From: a virus
Lineage: Duplodnaviria > Caudoviricetes
Length of the DNA stretch: 64,000 nt
Strand: one strand, 5' to 3'
Virus record (IMG/VR): IMGVR_UViG_3300028805_000061
In this document: piece after piece, positions 61,473 through 64,000 of the stretch
How positions within the stretch are numbered: the first letter of the stretch is position 1
Layout: each line of letters begins with the position of its first letter
Notes under the pieces: generated by a model
Told to the model about the DNA's origin: nothing
The model's database searches: none
Seen by the model: only the letters and a program-made list of their open reading frames with translations
Translations under genes and position numbers: made by a program

Positions 61473-61525
61473 GTGTTAACTATAAAAAATTCATAAATAC
61501 ATATATAAATTATAAGGAGAAATAA

Positions 61526-62101
61526 ATGACTTTAGAAGAAAATTTTAGTCTTGAACCTGATGAAATTCTAAAAGCTATAGAATTTTCAGTAGAGTCAAGA
61601 ATGAATTTAGAAAGTGATGAACAAGTTACAATAATAACACATCCTTTAACAATAAAAGCTATTAAAATAGGAATTGCTCAAGGTAAAATATTTAAAAATA
61701 TTTATTCAAGAATAATATTTTCTCCAGATAGTAATAGTAAACTTAGTGATTTAGTAATTATTCCAGACCATTTGATAGATGAAGTAGTTCAAGAAGAAAT
61801 AAAAAATCATTTAAATGTTGATAATGAAGTAAAAGAGAAATTGAAAATATTAAATGAAAAAATGGATATCCCTGAAGAAATATTAAATAGAATATCTACT
61901 CTTGAAGACAAAGACCTTACTAATGAAGAATTACAATTAAAATGTGAAATTCAAAATCTAATGTTAGATGTAGGAATGAATATTGATTTACATTTTTCTA
62001 ATACAGATAGTAAAGAACAAAAAGTAAATGAAATAGTAGATAAATTATTAAAAAATAATAAAATACAAAAAGTAGGATTAGAAGGAATTAATAATGACTA
62101 A
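61526..62101 (+). CDS. Hypothetical protein
   Basis: SD AAGGAG. TIITHPLTIKAI segment is weakly like a capsid A-domain. Confidence 0.55.
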   Translation: MTLEENFSLEPDEILKAIEFSVESRMNLESDEQVTIITHPLTIKAIKIGIAQGKIFKNIYSRIIFSPDSNSKLSDLVIIPDHLIDEVVQEEIKNHLNVDNEVKEKLKILNEKMDIPEEILNRISTLEDKDLTNEELQLKCEIQNLMLDVGMNIDLHFSNTDSKEQKVNEIVDKLLKNNKIQKVGLEGINND

Positions 62102-62687
62102 GAAAAGAAAGAGTGAACTTAAAATAGGTTATAATGAACTAAAAAATGGTTGCCCTACTGGAGAAAATGTTTTAGATTTAAAGAACACACCAATCCCTAT
62201 AGAATCACTAAAAGTATTAATGACTGGAGACTCTAATCAAAAGTTTAGAGTATTATCAAAGAAGATAAATAGGGAAAATGTTAAACTAGTATTAAAACAT
62301 AGAGAAACCAATGAAAAACTAAAAATAGTTGCACCAATAGAATTTTTAGAATTTCACAAAATCCCTTATAAAAATCCCAAAATACCTACTAATAAATTAA
62401 TTGAAGGTGTTTTACAAGATAGAGTAAGAAATTGGGAATGTGAAGTAATAATTAAAGATCTATCACAAGAATATGACTTAGTTATTCTAATTGATATAGA
62501 TTCACAAAAAAGAATAGCTTGTAAAGTTCCTATAAAAGAGATTGAAAAAACTAAATTATATATAGAAAAATGTAAAACTTATAAACAAGCTAATTATTAT
62601 GATTATAATAAAATAAATATATGGAGGGAGAATGAATGGCAAAGAGAAGTAATGACTCGCCTAAACTTATTAAAATTAACCCGTTAA
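62094..62687 (+). CDS. Hypothetical protein
   Basis: Coupled ORF. Confidence 0.55.
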   Translation: MTKKRKSELKIGYNELKNGCPTGENVLDLKNTPIPIESLKVLMTGDSNQKFRVLSKKINRENVKLVLKHRETNEKLKIVAPIEFLEFHKIPYKNPKIPTNKLIEGVLQDRVRNWECEVIIKDLSQEYDLVILIDIDSQKRIACKVPIKEIEKTKLYIEKCKTYKQANYYDYNKINIWRENEWQREVMTRLNLLKLTR

Positions 62688-63268
62688 ATAATTCAGATGA
62701 AAGTTTGATTGCTATTGCAATTCTTAATGCTTTAATTATACTAAGAGCTAAAGAAAACAATTTAATAAAAATTCCAGAAAGAAAAGAATTAACTAAATTA
62801 CTAAAAAATGCAAAGTTAGATAATATATTAAAAGCTTTAGATGAGGTTAATGGTATTAAAATAAAAAAAGTATTAGGAGTAGAAGATACATCTCTCACTG
62901 GAATTGTTTATATAAACCATCCTTTAAAGGTATTACCTTGTTTAGTATATAGAAACCCCTCTATAAAAGACGGTCAAATAAAATTAGTTAATTCTGGTTT
63001 AGGAGATGATGAAGTTTTAATAAGTGAACAACTCTTTAATGAAAAATTGTTTGTAGATAATATATTTGCTTATCAGATATTTCTAAATACAGGCACTAAA
63101 GAATTTTTTAAAGATAAAGAATTAAGTTGTAATGATTGTAATCATTATAGTTTTAATTCAGAAGGAGAAGATATTTGTTTATATGATGATATGAACATAA
63201 AAGATTGTAATCAATGTTGTAATAAATTTATTGATTGTTTTAAATGGAGAATACCGAAAGGAGAATAA
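62636..63268 (+). CDS. Hypothetical protein with Cys-rich C-terminus (possible capsid-fragment-like N-domain)
   Basis: SD GGGAG; VYRNPSIKDGQIKLVNSG; CNDCNHY...C...C..F tail. Confidence 0.55.
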   Translation: MAKRSNDSPKLIKINPLNNSDESLIAIAILNALIILRAKENNLIKIPERKELTKLLKNAKLDNILKALDEVNGIKIKKVLGVEDTSLTGIVYINHPLKVLPCLVYRNPSIKDGQIKLVNSGLGDDEVLISEQLFNEKLFVDNIFAYQIFLNTGTKEFFKDKELSCNDCNHYSFNSEGEDICLYDDMNIKDCNQCCNKFIDCFKWRIPKGE

Positions 63269-63269
63269 A

Positions 63270-63956
63270 ATGTCAACAATTCCTGCATTTATAAATGCAA
63301 TTTTTACTCTTAACAAAAAAGGAGAATACCCTTTATATGAAGGTAATATTGATGGTGGTTATACAAAAGTTCTTATAGTTTCTAAAATAGCTTCTGGCTA
63401 TAATACTAGATATTTTAAAGTTAAACAAATTATTGCTTTAGAAGGACAACAAGCTATAATTCAAACTTTTGATCTCCCTTCTCAAGAATTTGCTTATAGA
63501 TTGATTGAAAAATCTATTACTGAAAATGCATATATACAAGGAGGAAATGATGAAGAAAATATACCCATCGTTATTACAGGACAACAACAGCAACAATCAA
63601 AACAACCAGCAAGAATATCAAAGCCTAATATTATTGATCCAGAAAGAATTGGAGAAGATACAGTTTACGCAGAATACAACAATAATAACGTTAATACCTA
63701 TCAGCCAGTTGTCACAGCACAGTCTAGAAAACTTGTTGAAGGACATTCAAAAAGACAAAATATGGACCTCCCAGATTACAATGACGCCGGATTTGATCAA
63801 CTTGCAGCCTTCACCGGTACCCAGTCAGATGAATTCTCCAGTGGAGAAATTAAGATTGCCAACATGTCCAGTTTTGGAAATGGATCAAGCTCAAATAGAA
63901 ATAGAACTAAAGGCAACTACTCTTCCCTTGAAGATGCACTTGACTCTGGATTCTAG
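63270..63956 (+). CDS. Hypothetical protein with disordered Q/N/S-rich C-terminus
   Basis: SD AAGGAG before ATG 63270. Confidence 0.6.
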   Translation: MSTIPAFINAIFTLNKKGEYPLYEGNIDGGYTKVLIVSKIASGYNTRYFKVKQIIALEGQQAIIQTFDLPSQEFAYRLIEKSITENAYIQGGNDEENIPIVITGQQQQQSKQPARISKPNIIDPERIGEDTVYAEYNNNNVNTYQPVVTAQSRKLVEGHSKRQNMDLPDYNDAGFDQLAAFTGTQSDEFSSGEIKIANMSSFGNGSSSNRNRTKGNYSSLEDALDSGF

Positions 63957-64000
63957 ATTACCTAATACAATTTTAATAGATACTAATATAAAGATAGTAA

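Noticed and set aside
777-62898. Short minus-strand ORFs in the track (e.g. 777-1004, 7558-7899, 17038-17403, 22331-22603, 43610-43915, 62590-62898)
   Set aside because: Antisense shadows of well-supported plus-strand genes with no motifs. Only 23345-23788 and 58451-59080 are accepted on the minus strand.
1-64000. Alternative genetic code (TAG/TGA reassignment) as in some large gut phages
   Set aside because: Conserved genes are full length in code 11, and TAG/TGA terminate genes at sensible positions with coupled downstream starts.
63660-64000. Overlapping minus-strand gene entering from the right edge to explain the codon shift
   Set aside because: All three minus frames hit stops within about 110 nt of the window end.
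1-64000. tRNA, rRNA, integrase or transposase genes
   Set aside because: No cloverleaf or T-loop signatures or recombinase/transposase motifs were seen by eye. tRNAscan-SE would be the definitive check for tRNAs.

Overview
This window is a very AT-rich, densely coding, almost entirely plus-strand segment of a large lytic tailed phage, probably a large myovirus of an anaerobic low-GC host. It reads cleanly in the standard genetic code. Layout: (1) about 0.2-15.2 kb is a replication/recombination block. It holds a degenerate DnaC-like protein, DnaB helicase, a minimal second family-A polymerase, a sigma factor, a gp32-like SSB, a RuvC-like resolvase, RecA, a split SbcC plus SbcD, ThyX, dCMP deaminase and a stand-alone primase TOPRIM domain. 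(2) 15.2-20.8 kb is a tail-fibre module ending in an 8-repeat RCC1-like adhesin. (3) 20.9-27.2 kb has a second sigma-like gene, a stand-alone primase CHC2 zinc finger, a complete PolA and a free-standing homing endonuclease. (4) 27-64 kb is a long accessory region of small ORFs, including a HAD phosphatase, J-domain protein, dimeric dUTPase, 3D-domain protein, Tad1-like anti-defence sponge, DUF488 and NrdG, plus an inverted 4-repeat paralogue of the RCC1 adhesin. The most notable candidates for new biology are: (a) stand-alone, degenerate copies of virion-protein domains (tail-sheath C-terminal domains, a catalytically dead T4 gp21-like prohead protease, possibly capsid fragments) scattered among accessory genes, which may be immune decoys; (b) a pair of hypervariable RCC1-repeat adhesin genes linked by shared short sites and inverted repeats; (c) a minimal helicase-coupled second PolA alongside a primase split into two distant genes; (d) short synonymously recoded patches on conserved protein motifs. 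All family assignments come from motif recognition by eye, not database searches. No tRNA, rRNA, CRISPR array, integrase or reverse transcriptase was seen.
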